Assembly: GCA_965215515.1 (NCBI GenBank)
Contig: OZ244057.1
Span: 512,001 to 576,000 of the forward strand
Source of the DNA: Oligoflexales bacterium
GTDB taxonomy: Bacteria; Bdellovibrionota_B; Oligoflexia; Oligoflexales; JAPPIL01
DNA: 64,000 nucleotides
Direction: 5' to 3'
Part shown: positions 1 to 9,736 of the stretch, piece by piece
Layout: the number at the start of each line of letters is the position of its first letter
How positions within the stretch are numbered: the first letter of the stretch is position 1
Translations under genes and position numbers: made by a program
The notes under the pieces: model-generated
Told to the model about the DNA's origin: nothing
What the model saw: only the letters and a program-made list of their open reading frames with translations
The model's database searches: none

Positions 1-2
1 AG

Positions 3-848
3 TCTTACAACGAACTGCTGTTGCGTGTGCTCACTATCTATCGTGAACAGCCTGCGCAGCGTGCTGCGTTGACTGTCCTGCTGGAGGACGTGGCAGAGAA
101 AGCCGAGTTGCACGACAGTTATTACGACTCGGTGGTGCTTGCGACGCTGGAGGGCAGTTTTATCGGGGCGGGGTTGCTGATGGTGACGCGTATGGGGGCA
201 AAGTTAATGCATCTGCTCGGTGCAGATGTCAGCAAACCGCGTTTTCGCTGGATTGCTGCATTGCTGGGGACAGGTGGGGCGATAGACACCGCAGAGGGTA
301 TACGCCTTTCGACCAGACAGCATTGGACACAACTCGGCAAGGTGGCGTTGGTGGGTGCTGCGGCGGGTTATGCTTATTATTTTGCGCAAAAGCTACGCAC
401 GCACAAACTGCCCCCCGAGGCTGTGTTGTTCGAGGTGCAGAAGGAGATTACACTCGACCTCGCCTATCGTGCCTGCGTTTTGGCGCACGAGGTCGACGAT
501 AGGGTTAGGGATAAGGACGAGCTACAGACCTACAGTGCCGAGCAGATACAGCAGGAACGTGAGGCGTTATCGGCTTTGGCCGCGCGGGTGAAGAAGATCG
601 GCCAGCAGGCTCAGCACCTGAGCGAGAGTGCTCCGAGCTTGCGTGGCAACCATCGGGTATCTTTACCGCACGCTTATCGGAACACTGACAATGGCCAGTG
701 TTCCCCCCAGGTAGCGACTGAGGGGCAAACTGTCGTCAGTATTACACCGCTGGTACAGGACATTGCCCACATCGCTGAGCAACTACAAGCGTGGAAGCGG
801 GCGATGGATGTTATTGAATATCGCCGTTTAACGCAACGAGGTAGCTGA
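3..848 (+). CDS. Hypothetical membrane protein, 5'-truncated by the window edge
   Basis: Frame is open from position 3; hydrophobic stretches (GSFIGAGLLMV, IAALLGTGG, VALVGAAAGYAYYF) and a coiled-coil-like C-terminal half; no recognisable family motif. Confidence 0.6.
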   Translation, partial: SYNELLLRVLTIYREQPAQRAALTVLLEDVAEKAELHDSYYDSVVLATLEGSFIGAGLLMVTRMGAKLMHLLGADVSKPRFRWIAALLGTGGAIDTAEGIRLSTRQHWTQLGKVALVGAAAGYAYYFAQKLRTHKLPPEAVLFEVQKEITLDLAYRACVLAHEVDDRVRDKDELQTYSAEQIQQEREALSALAARVKKIGQQAQHLSESAPSLRGNHRVSLPHAYRNTDNGQCSPQVATEGQTVVSITPLVQDIAHIAEQLQAWKRAMDVIEYRRLTQRGS

Positions 849-964
849 GAATACGATGTTGGTGATTACCATAAAAATAGTTGTTGACAGCATATGTCGG
901 TGGTGATAGCGACCATGGATCGGTGTTGTGTGACATTTAATCTATGATTTTTATAGGAGTGGTG

Positions 965-2884
965 ATGAGGTTTTTAGCGGTCGTGTTGGGATGCGCACTG
1001 TGGCATGGCGATGTGGTGCGCGCCAAGGGGCGGGGAGCGACGGGTTTAGCTCGGCGTGTTATCGGCATCGACTTGGGTACAACCAATTCGGCCATGGCCT
1101 GGGTGGACAAGAATGGTGCGCTGACTATCATTCGCAACCTTGAAGGTAGTAACATAACACCGAGTGTGGTTGACCTCGCTGAGGGAGGGGGTGTCGGTGA
1201 GTCTGCGTTAGAGTCGTTGGGGTTCTCGCCAGGGAGCGTAATTTTCTCGGTCAAGCGCCTTATGGGGCTTAGCTACGCTGAGTTGCAGGAGAGCAACCTC
1301 GCTGGAAACCTTCCCTACCAGGTCGCAGCGGGTGAAGGTGGAGTGGCCATCATAGAGGTTGACGGCCAGCAGTATTTGCCGCAGGAGGTTGCGGCGCGGG
1401 TCTTAGCGAAGCTCAAAGCAGATGCCGAAAGCGTGCTCGGCGAGGATATAAGTGAGGTGGTGATTACCGTCCCAGCTCGTTTTGATAATCGCCAAAAGCT
1501 TGCCACCAAGGAGGCGGGCGAGATCGCAGGCTTGCGTGTGCTCAGGCTGGTGGCCGAACCGACCGCCGCTGCTCTGGCGCACGGTCTCGGCAAGGGCGGG
1601 GAGAACCTTGTCGTTGTCTTCGATTTGGGAGGCGGCACGTTTGATGTCTCCGTTCTCGACATGGGGTATGCGGGTGAGGGAGAGGAGATGAGCGAAGTAC
1701 TCACCACCGAAGGTAACCCATTGCTGGGTGGCGATGACTTCGACAACAGGATTGTGCAACATCTGCTCGCTAAGTTGGAAAATAAACACGGGGTGGATGC
1801 AGTAGCCGAGTTGCGCAGTGACCAAGAGGCGATGGCTGAGTTAAAAATGGCGGCAGTCAAGGCAAAAGAGGCACTTACGGGCGGCAGAAGAGCGAATATC
1901 AGGATTAGAAATTTGGGGGAACAGTCGCTTACTGTCAGCGAGACTCTTACCCGTGTGGAGTTCGAAGGATTAATCGGTGATCTCGTTGCACAGACTATTG
2001 CCATGACCGAGAAGGCCTTGGCTAATGTCGAGATGGTTGCCGCGGATATCGACAAGGTGCTGATGGTCGGTGGTTCGACTCGTGTGCCCGCGGTCAGCGA
2101 GGCGGTGGAAGCACTGTTTGGCGTTGACAAGATAATCCGTGAGGACAATCCCGATGAAGTTGTGGCACTGGGTGCTGCGGCACTAGGGGGCGTGTTGGAG
2201 GGAAGTATCGAGGGTGTAACGCTGCTTGACACCACTTCCATGGATCTTGGTATCGGAGTGTTGGGAGGTAGATTCGAGGCAATCGTTGCGAAGGATACCA
2301 CCATCCCCACCGAAGCCCAGAAAACCTTTACTACCGCGAAAAATAACCAAACGTCGGTGACAATCCCTGTCTATCAGGGCGATGCCGAGCTGGTTGAGCA
2401 CAACGAGAAGATCGGTGAGTTTACTCTTGAGGGTATTCCACCTGCACCGCGTGGGATTCCGCAATTAGATGTGATCTTTGAAATAGATGCCAACAGTCTG
2501 CTTAAGGTCACCGCTAGGGATAAGGGCACAGGGAAGGAGAAGGAGATTACCGTAGCCGCCAATGCTATCGGTGAGGAGAGGATCGCGCAGATGCGCAAGA
2601 ATCTGGAAGAAAACAGCGAGAGGATCGAGGCTAAATTGAAATTGCTGGACGCCAGGGACAAGCTCAACAGCCTTTTGGCGCAGGCGGAAGGGGTGTTGAA
2701 TCAGGGAGGCACCGCAGCCAAATTACCGTTAGAGGCGAAGAACTCTTTAGAGCAGGCTATCGCCGCGGCCGAAAGCGCTGTCAACAGTAAGGATGTCGCG
2801 GCTATCGAGAAAGTCATCGCGGGTTTTGAGGCGCAGATCCACGCCGTGACTACTGAGCTCTACAGCCAGGGGGAACAGGGGTAG
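965..2884 (+). CDS. dnaK: Divergent Hsp70/DnaK-family chaperone with N-terminal signal-peptide-like extension
   Basis: Hsp70 motifs IGIDLGTTNS, VFDLGGGTFDVS, LGGDDFD, LMVGGSTRVP, NPDEVVALGAA, GIPPAPRG; AGGAG at 955-959 before ATG 965; leader MRFLAVVLGCALWHGDVVRA. Probably a paralogue, not the housekeeping copy. Confidence 0.93.
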   Translation: MRFLAVVLGCALWHGDVVRAKGRGATGLARRVIGIDLGTTNSAMAWVDKNGALTIIRNLEGSNITPSVVDLAEGGGVGESALESLGFSPGSVIFSVKRLMGLSYAELQESNLAGNLPYQVAAGEGGVAIIEVDGQQYLPQEVAARVLAKLKADAESVLGEDISEVVITVPARFDNRQKLATKEAGEIAGLRVLRLVAEPTAAALAHGLGKGGENLVVVFDLGGGTFDVSVLDMGYAGEGEEMSEVLTTEGNPLLGGDDFDNRIVQHLLAKLENKHGVDAVAELRSDQEAMAELKMAAVKAKEALTGGRRANIRIRNLGEQSLTVSETLTRVEFEGLIGDLVAQTIAMTEKALANVEMVAADIDKVLMVGGSTRVPAVSEAVEALFGVDKIIREDNPDEVVALGAAALGGVLEGSIEGVTLLDTTSMDLGIGVLGGRFEAIVAKDTTIPTEAQKTFTTAKNNQTSVTIPVYQGDAELVEHNEKIGEFTLEGIPPAPRGIPQLDVIFEIDANSLLKVTARDKGTGKEKEITVAANAIGEERIAQMRKNLEENSERIEAKLKLLDARDKLNSLLAQAEGVLNQGGTAAKLPLEAKNSLEQAIAAAESAVNSKDVAAIEKVIAGFEAQIHAVTTELYSQGEQG

Positions 2885-2905
2885 TGCCTATGTCGTCTCC
2901 CCTTC

Positions 2906-3568
2906 TCACGGGTGGGGGCGGTAGCGGTCGGGATGATAATCGATCAAGGCGGTATCGGGGTGAGCGAGATCGCTGCTGTCGCCGAAAGCATGCACGGTAA
3001 GCAAACCCTCCCGCACGGCTACTTCTTCGGCACGCGGCTCTGCCTTCATGTAAGCCAGACAACCGAACAGACGCATGCCCGCACAGCTCGGCAGATTGAT
3101 ATGCGGTGACGAAGCCTGCCAACGCGTATAACTGCGCAGATATTTGCCCAGAAAATACTTAACGTCACCCACCGTCAACGTTGTCTTGGTCTCGACGATG
3201 ACTATGTCCCGCTCCCCTGAAACGATGATGTCGATCTGTCCGTCTTCAGGCTTGCCGTCCTCATCCTGACAACGCACGCCGACATTGGGTAAGGCATCGT
3301 CGACGTGGAGATCGTGATGGCGGTTGAGGGTGGTAACGATGCCCGACTCGATGACAAACTCGGCTAGCTTGCCCCACATGTCGTACAACTTGCCCGTTTC
3401 TACCGCTACCACGCGGCGGTGCTCCTCCCGATCTTTGACACGCTGGGCATCGTACTCCTTGCGCGCCGCGATACGCTCCCCGCGCTCCTTCTCCAAGGCA
3501 GCCTCAAAAAGCGCGGTGAACTGTGCCAGCTTTTTGTCGATGTACGAGGGCTCTTTGTCCGCGCTCAT
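2906..3568 (-). CDS. DUF3782-like protein: coiled coil plus PD-(D/E)XK nuclease-like domain
   Basis: Charged coiled-coil N-terminus, WGKLAE segment, then QIDIIV...IVIVETKTTL nuclease-type motif. Confidence 0.65.
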   Translation of the reverse strand: MSADKEPSYIDKKLAQFTALFEAALEKERGERIAARKEYDAQRVKDREEHRRVVAVETGKLYDMWGKLAEFVIESGIVTTLNRHHDLHVDDALPNVGVRCQDEDGKPEDGQIDIIVSGERDIVIVETKTTLTVGDVKYFLGKYLRSYTRWQASSPHINLPSCAGMRLFGCLAYMKAEPRAEEVAVREGLLTVHAFGDSSDLAHPDTALIDYHPDRYRPHP

Positions 3569-3709
3569 CAGCGGGTGTCCTCGCTAATGATAAACATCAC
3601 CCCAGTCATTATACCAGCTCCGCGCCGACCAGCAAGTTTTTCTGCCCCCTACTCAGAGACATCTACATCGTTGCGAAAAGCTGGCAGGTGTATTATTTTC
3701 TCAGGTGGT

Positions 3710-4537
3710 ATGGGTTTCGTTGTTTTCGTTTTTCAATTTCTGCCGCGGCGGCTCATCTCCGCACTGATGGGCGTGTTGTTTCGCTTCCGTTGGCCGTCTC
3801 CTTTGCGTGGGGTGGTCTACGGGTTGTTTGTGCGCCTCACTCGTATCGATATGCGCGAGGCCGAGCGGGAACTCAACGTTTATCAAAGCATCGAGGAGAT
3901 TTTTTCTCGTCGTCTTGCACAGGGAGTGCGTCCTATTGCAGGCGAGATCTGTGCCCCCGTCGATGGTTTTTTGCACTGCTCGCAAGCACCGACAGGTATC
4001 CTCGGCTTTCAGGCCAAAGGCTACTACTATTCCTTACGGGAGTTGATTTATGGTGAGAGCGAGATTGAGTTTGATTTCGAGCCAGCTTGGTATATGACCT
4101 TCTACCTTGCCCCGCACAACTATCATCGGGTGCATTGTCCGCTGGCAGGGGAACTGCATGCCTTGCGTTGGATTCGCGGCGATAAGTGGCCTGTGCAGCA
4201 TGGTTTCCGCAATGCGGTGACACGTCTCTACGTGCGCAACGAACGCAAAGTATTTCGCCTGCGGCATACCGTCAGTGGGGGACAGATGTTCGTGGTAATG
4301 GTAGCGGCACTGGGAGTGGGCAACATGGTCGTTACCGCAGCCGAAACTCAGGAAAACAAGGCGGTGACTAAGTTCGATCCCGCCGTGCAACTCGCCGCAG
4401 GAGACGAGCTGGGCTACTTTACCTTGGGATCGACGGTACTTTTGATCTGCGATCAAGTGCTGGCCGACACTTACAGTTTTGTCGCGACAACACGAGATAT
4501 GCCTGTTACAATGGGGACTTCTCTTCTGAAAAAATAG
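3710..4537 (+). CDS. psd: Phosphatidylserine decarboxylase proenzyme
   Basis: FSRRL..GVRPI, APVDG, YLAPHNYHRVHCP and the LGST autocleavage motif; ATG 3710 preferred over the ORF-track start at 3419, which overlaps the opposite-strand gene. Confidence 0.92.
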   Translation: MGFVVFVFQFLPRRLISALMGVLFRFRWPSPLRGVVYGLFVRLTRIDMREAERELNVYQSIEEIFSRRLAQGVRPIAGEICAPVDGFLHCSQAPTGILGFQAKGYYYSLRELIYGESEIEFDFEPAWYMTFYLAPHNYHRVHCPLAGELHALRWIRGDKWPVQHGFRNAVTRLYVRNERKVFRLRHTVSGGQMFVVMVAALGVGNMVVTAAETQENKAVTKFDPAVQLAAGDELGYFTLGSTVLLICDQVLADTYSFVATTRDMPVTMGTSLLKK

Positions 4538-4550
4538 CCGCGTGTTAGGC

Positions 4551-5990
4551 ATGAGTGTGCAGAACAAAATTGATTTTCAGCCGCGTGATGTGCGAACGAG
4601 GATTATCTGGTCGTTTGCTCACGACATCGTCGATGAACAGCTTGCTGCAGTAGTCGCGGCGGCGCACTGCGATGCTCTGCGGCTGGTTTATTTTCAAGGC
4701 GCGCAGCACCACGGGGTGCGGTTTTTGCAAGCACTGACACGTATCCAAGGTGAGCAGCGCGTGCCTATCATGATCGACATAGCTTTGAAAATCAGAGCAA
4801 CGATCGCGGAGCTGCGCAAACCGCGCCAGCTTAAGGTGGGAGAGCGGGTCAACATCGTGCCGCGTCGCCGCGGCAAGCGCGGTGATCTCGTCATCACAAC
4901 TGACGAATGGGATGGCCTCTTCGTGCCCGAAGCGACCATCTATATCGGCACAGGCGACATCATGCTGAAATGCTTGCAGGTGGGGAGGGATGTTGTCACG
5001 GCAGAGGTGATACAGGGAGAAACAATCTACCCCCATGCTCCCCTCAAAGTGCCACGCACCGACAAAGAACTGCGAGCAAAGGATCTGACGCTGGCCGAGA
5101 TCGAGCAGTTTCTCGCTCTCGCTATCGACTTTATCGTCATCCCTGGTATCACGCTGCGAGAGGAAGTGCAAAAGTTTCGTGCTTTCCTGCACCGCAAGAG
5201 CAGTACACCGCCGTGGATGATTTTGAAAGTTGACACTTACAAGCTTTACCAAGAACTGCCACGTCTGATTGCGGAAGTCGATGGGGTGCTGATTTCACGG
5301 CGCGAGATCGCTCTGACCACCAACCCTGCCACTGTGCCTATGCTAGCTAAAGAAATTACTCAGCTATGTAGTGATCACTCCAAGCTGGTCATTACCGCCA
5401 GCGAAATTCTCGGCTCGATGCGCTACAGCCCAGTTCCAACACGTGCGGAGGTATCTGACATCGCCAATACAGTTATCGATGGCACGGATGTTATTGTGAT
5501 GCCCGAAGACCTGTGCACGAGCCGCTACTTTGAACGCTCGTTACGTCTTGTTTACGATGTCGTGGCCGATGTTGAAGCTAGCACCGTTGCCCCCAACTGG
5601 GACAAGCAAGCGCCGATAATTCGCAATGAATACGATGCCCTGGCCACCTCCGCGCTGCGCATGGCACAGCGTGTCAAGGCCAAAGCCCTGGTGTGTCTAG
5701 TGCGCAGTGGCAAGACGGTGTTGCGTCTGTCCCGTTTCGGCACCCCTATGCCTATCATCGCGGTAGCCTTCGACCGCGCGATTCTCAATCGCTTGCGCCT
5801 TGTCAGCGGTGTGCGCGGTATTTTGCTCGACAGCATCCCGTCTCTCGATGAGGTTCTGAACGTGGTCGGCGAGCAACTCAAAAAAGACAGTTTTCTGAAC
5901 AGCGGTGACCTAGTGATATTCATCACCATCTCACTGTCACCCATCGGTCACGCGGCAAGCAATCTCTTGACCGTACAGACAATTCGGTAA
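4551..5990 (+). CDS. pyk: Pyruvate kinase-family protein with divergent active site
   Basis: PTRAEVSDIAN..IDGTD, A/B/C domain layout, RSGKTVLRLSRF..PMPIIA, C-terminal SNLLTV; several canonical catalytic motifs altered (see findings). Confidence 0.8.
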   Translation: MSVQNKIDFQPRDVRTRIIWSFAHDIVDEQLAAVVAAAHCDALRLVYFQGAQHHGVRFLQALTRIQGEQRVPIMIDIALKIRATIAELRKPRQLKVGERVNIVPRRRGKRGDLVITTDEWDGLFVPEATIYIGTGDIMLKCLQVGRDVVTAEVIQGETIYPHAPLKVPRTDKELRAKDLTLAEIEQFLALAIDFIVIPGITLREEVQKFRAFLHRKSSTPPWMILKVDTYKLYQELPRLIAEVDGVLISRREIALTTNPATVPMLAKEITQLCSDHSKLVITASEILGSMRYSPVPTRAEVSDIANTVIDGTDVIVMPEDLCTSRYFERSLRLVYDVVADVEASTVAPNWDKQAPIIRNEYDALATSALRMAQRVKAKALVCLVRSGKTVLRLSRFGTPMPIIAVAFDRAILNRLRLVSGVRGILLDSIPSLDEVLNVVGEQLKKDSFLNSGDLVIFITISLSPIGHAASNLLTVQTIR

Positions 5991-5996
5991 CTAGCT

Positions 5997-7744
5997 ATGC
6001 AACAACAGTCACGTCTCTTTTGGTTTTTACGCACGTACTATTTTAGTCATCATCGCGTTCACTGCGTATTAACGACTATCATGGCATTGCTGCTCGGCGT
6101 TGTTTCGACGTTGTTCGCCGCCGCTCTCGGCCCTGCTATCTATGGTATGGTGTTCGCAGCGCCTGAGGCGAGTGTCGCGCTAGTTGCTTTGCTGGGCAAA
6201 AACTACGCCGCGGCGGCACAGGCCTTGTTCGGCATCACGACGATCAGTGCGACGCTACTAACCTGGTATCTGCCGTTATTTATTCTCGCTTGTGCCGCGC
6301 TGCGCACGGGTTTAATGGTCGGGCATGTCTTCATGTGGGAACGCTGTGGCGAGCGGGTAGGCAGGCGTTTGCGGGCGCAGTTAGTGCAGTTATTTCTGTC
6401 GCTCGATCCGCGGCAGCGCAGACAAAAAAAAAACTTCTCGCCGCAGAAAAAAACTTGGCCGCGACCATTGCCGTCGATGTGCGCATGGCACGTGATGTCA
6501 GTGCGGCGATTATCGGCGGCTTGACGCGTGAAGTAGCGCAACTGCTACTGATGTCGATGACGTTGGCACTGTTGTCGCCGCGTCTGTTCGCCATCTTTGT
6601 CGGTGGTATCGCCCCGCTGGTGCTGATATTGAAAAAACTCGGGCGTAAATTACAGCAACGTGCTACCTTGTCGTTAGACAACTACGCGACAATGACCGAA
6701 TGGCTGCAACAACGCTTGCTCGGTATTGAGACGATTAAACACTATCGCACGGAAGATCTAGAACAAGAAAAGTTTGCCCACTTAGCACGGGCACAGTTTA
6801 AAATTTTTCTGCGCACAGGCAAACTGCAAGCGATTATTCCGCAATTGACGGAAGTCTTGACCGTCACCGCGATGGCAGTAGCCCTATATTTTGCTTTGCA
6901 AGAATTACAGCACACCAGCACGGCGTTGGTGCTGGCTTTTTTCTCGACACTAGCACTGTTTGCCCAATCTTCCTCCCGCATCGGACGCTACTTCAATCAA
7001 ACCCGCGCGGGCAACGCCGCTATCGTGCGTATCTACACCTTAAAAACAGCATTAGAACAGAACACCAGCACCGCTCCACTACTAACAATTGTGCAAGGCT
7101 CACAGAAAGTACTCATCTGTGACAATATTACAGTGCACTTAGCACAACAGACAGTGCTACAAAATTTTTCATATCGTTTCGAAACAGGAGTGTTATACGG
7201 CCTACACGGTGTCGTCGGGGCTGGTAAATCGACTCTGCTACATGCCATTCTTGGTCTCCTGCCCTTGCAAGCGGGACGCATTTTTTTGCAACTGTCAGGA
7301 CCGCGGCAAAAAGGCAACGTCGCCCTGTGGTTGCCGCAAAAATTACCGCTGTGTGCAGGTGATGTTGCCAGCAATGTCTGTTACCCGTACCCTGAGCCAC
7401 ACGCGGCACGACTAACGCAAGCTTTGCTCTATGCTTGTGTACCGCGGGAGAAATGGGCTACGGTCATCGGTTTCGAACAGACCCAGCTTTCCGGCGGACA
7501 GGAGCAACGTCTCGGGATGGCACGACTTTTCTACCACAACGCCCCGCTCGTGCTGATCGACGAAGGGACATCGGCACTCGACCGACATACTGAACAGCAG
7601 GTGTTGCAGAACCTCAAAACCCTTACCCGACGAGGGATAATCGTCATCATGGCCGCCCATCGTCGTGCTGCACTGGCTAAATGCGATCGGGTGGTGGAAC
7701 TACCCCCCCCCTACTCCCCCCCCCCCCCCGATACAGACACCTAG
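5997..7744 (+). pseudogene. MsbA-like ABC exporter (TMD+NBD) split by a -1 frameshift at an A10 tract (6424-6433); may be slippage-decoded or an assembly error
   Basis: TM helices in ORF 5997-6524 continue in ORF 6290-7744 after the tract; Walker A GVVGAGKST, signature LSGGQEQR, Walker B LVLIDEGTSALD, H-loop AAHR. Confidence 0.8.
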
Positions 7745-7769
7745 AAAAAACAAAAAATTAAAAAAAAAC

Positions 7770-7797
7770 TAAAGTTAGCAGCGGGTCAAGCCGACAG
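7770..7797 (+). promoter_or_regulatory. Putative sigma28 (FliA)-type promoter
   Basis: TAAAG-N15-GCCGACAG about 30 nt upstream of the lipoprotein gene. Confidence 0.5.
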
Positions 7798-7825
7798 CTG
7801 GTCGTCGGGGTGGCTGGTTTAGCAC

Positions 7826-8977
7826 ATGGGGAGTATGATGAAATTTTTACTGACACTTACCTGCATCAGCATGGTGTGTTCCTGTCAAGAAGAGAAACAC
7901 GGAGAGGCGAGGTCTGCGCGCCAAGCGGAGGATGCCGCCGCGTCAGCAGCTGGCGGAGAAGAGGGGGATTGGCGTTATGCTAAATACAGATTCAGTCTTC
8001 AAGGCTATCATGATGTCGATACGGCGGTGCGGGTTTTGATTGAGAACAATGTGCCGACAAGATTTCAACTCAAGGATCTTACCGTGGGTAGAGAGGGTAG
8101 AGTAGTGGAGGAAGCTAACCTGAGCAAAGTAGATGTTGACAGCTCTGCTACCTCGTATGCCTTCACAGGCACGAGTGAGCTTGAGGAAGGAGATGGTGAA
8201 GATCACGGCGGCACTTACACAGGTGAAGTTACGCTAGATACAGATGGAACAGTGCCCGACGAAGGCTGTTGCGGGCTGCTAGAGTTTGTTCCCACGATCG
8301 CTGACAAGCTCATCTTTGTGGGCACAAAGCAAGGCGAAGGCTTTGGTGCGAAGGGATGGGGGGGGCTAGTCGTCAATGTTGCTGCTGATCCTGCTTCCGA
8401 TACCAGTACTGGCGGTGACGCTAATACTGGCAGTACTATCCCTGCTGCTGGTGCTATGGGGCAAGAATCCGAAGAACAAGAATCCGAAGAAGGAGAAGAA
8501 GAACCTGAAGATGATGGTAATGGACAGCAAACGAATGGTAAGGGAACATGCAGCGGATATCAGCTGGTGTTTGCAAAACAGCCCCCCAACTCAGTGCAAC
8601 GGACTCGTGCGGGAAAGCAGTTCGATATGCGGGTCGCGTTGTGGGACTGTGGTGGTGACATCGTCACAGACCACGACCCAGACTTGCGGGTTAAGCTGTG
8701 GTATAAGCACGATGGTACAGGGAAGTATAGAATCCATAGATGGCGAAGCTGCCCAGCTAAAGACTATGACAATATCGGTGCGATGAGCAACAGTGAGATT
8801 GCCAAGTGCCCAGGATTCAAGCTTTGGCGAGGACAACGCAAGTACAAGAAGATGTCATTTAGAGCGAAACACAACGTAGCTTTTACAAACTACCGCTACA
8901 AAGCTACGGTGACGGTCAATAGCATCGAGTACCACGCAGAGAGCAATGTGTTCGACGTTTTGAGGCATTCACCATAG
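7826..8977 (+). CDS. Hypothetical lipoprotein with acidic low-complexity linker and Cys-containing C-terminal domain
   Basis: MKFLLTLTCISMVCSC lipobox-like leader; E/G/D-rich linker; no family recognised. Confidence 0.7.
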   Translation: MGSMMKFLLTLTCISMVCSCQEEKHGEARSARQAEDAAASAAGGEEGDWRYAKYRFSLQGYHDVDTAVRVLIENNVPTRFQLKDLTVGREGRVVEEANLSKVDVDSSATSYAFTGTSELEEGDGEDHGGTYTGEVTLDTDGTVPDEGCCGLLEFVPTIADKLIFVGTKQGEGFGAKGWGGLVVNVAADPASDTSTGGDANTGSTIPAAGAMGQESEEQESEEGEEEPEDDGNGQQTNGKGTCSGYQLVFAKQPPNSVQRTRAGKQFDMRVALWDCGGDIVTDHDPDLRVKLWYKHDGTGKYRIHRWRSCPAKDYDNIGAMSNSEIAKCPGFKLWRGQRKYKKMSFRAKHNVAFTNYRYKATVTVNSIEYHAESNVFDVLRHSP

Positions 8978-8988
8978 CTTACCCTTAC

Positions 8989-9020
8989 TGCCGATGACAT
9001 CGACAAGTTTGTTATCGGCA
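8989..9020. terminator. Hairpin between convergent genes, possible terminator
   Basis: TGCCGATGACA...TGTTATCGGCA 11-bp inverted repeat with one G-U pair, just after the 8977 stop. Confidence 0.45.
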
Positions 9021-9108
9021 ACCTCAGTGGATTTCATCTCTATCTTTCCTGAATATCATGCACACAAGAAAATCTACCGCGTGATCGCCTTGCCAGACAG
9101 TGATACTG

Positions 9109-9579
9109 TTATCCGCCGCCTTTGATACGCCGCTGTGCGAGTTTGATGTTTTTGTGAATAAACATCGGTTTGCCGTTGCGGAAATTGCGCGGTTCACGCG
9201 CCGCTTGTGTTAGTTTGTCCAGCGCCGCGCGGTTGTGGCTGTTTCGATAGCGCAACCCCAACTGAGTGATCGCCTCAGCACGGACAACCAACGCGGCATC
9301 TCGCAGACCATCCTGCATGATGCCCTGACAGTGCTGCATCTGGCTCAGCCCGCAGCTTTTCAGCCATAAGATACGCCATGCCCACGACCAGTCGGCAAAC
9401 ACAACGCCTCGCTGTTGGTGCTTTTCCCAGATATTCTTCTGTAATTCCAGACTGTTACGCAAAAAATACTGCCATTCTTGCGGCGTAGGGTTGCGTTTTA
9501 TGTTTATTTCCAGCGCCTTAAGCGACGAAGGAGTTAAACTTAACAGCGCTCCTGCCAGCACGTAGATCGCCCCTTTCAC
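9109..9579 (-). CDS. Hypothetical exported protein with HEAT-like helical motif
   Basis: GTG 9579 after AGGAGA; signal-like VKGAIYVLAGALLSLTPSSLKA; GLRDAALVVRAEAITQLG HEAT-like segment. Confidence 0.6.
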   Translation of the reverse strand: MKGAIYVLAGALLSLTPSSLKALEINIKRNPTPQEWQYFLRNSLELQKNIWEKHQQRGVVFADWSWAWRILWLKSCGLSQMQHCQGIMQDGLRDAALVVRAEAITQLGLRYRNSHNRAALDKLTQAAREPRNFRNGKPMFIHKNIKLAQRRIKGGG

Positions 9580-9629
9580 AGCATAATCTCCTGAAATTAA
9601 AAGTAAAAACTTATATTTTGCGCACACGT

Positions 9630-9657
9630 TAAAGATATACTCTTCTCCAGCCGAAAA
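9630..9657 (+). promoter_or_regulatory. Putative sigma28 (FliA)-type promoter
   Basis: TAAAG-N15-GCCGAAAA, 80 nt upstream of the GYF-PilZ gene. Confidence 0.55.
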
Positions 9658-9736
9658 CTGATGTGAGGGGAAATAATATGAGTTTTGTGGTAGCGGCACA
9701 TCGGGAGCGGTGTAATTTGAGGGGAAGGGTGGTGTT

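Noticed and set aside
849..964. CIRCE or heat-shock element before dnaK
   Set aside because: No TTAGCACTC-N9-GAGTGCTAA; only a TTGACA with a poor -10
1315..2310. 331-aa antisense ORF inside dnaK
   Set aside because: Typical antisense shadow of Hsp70 genes; no independent motifs
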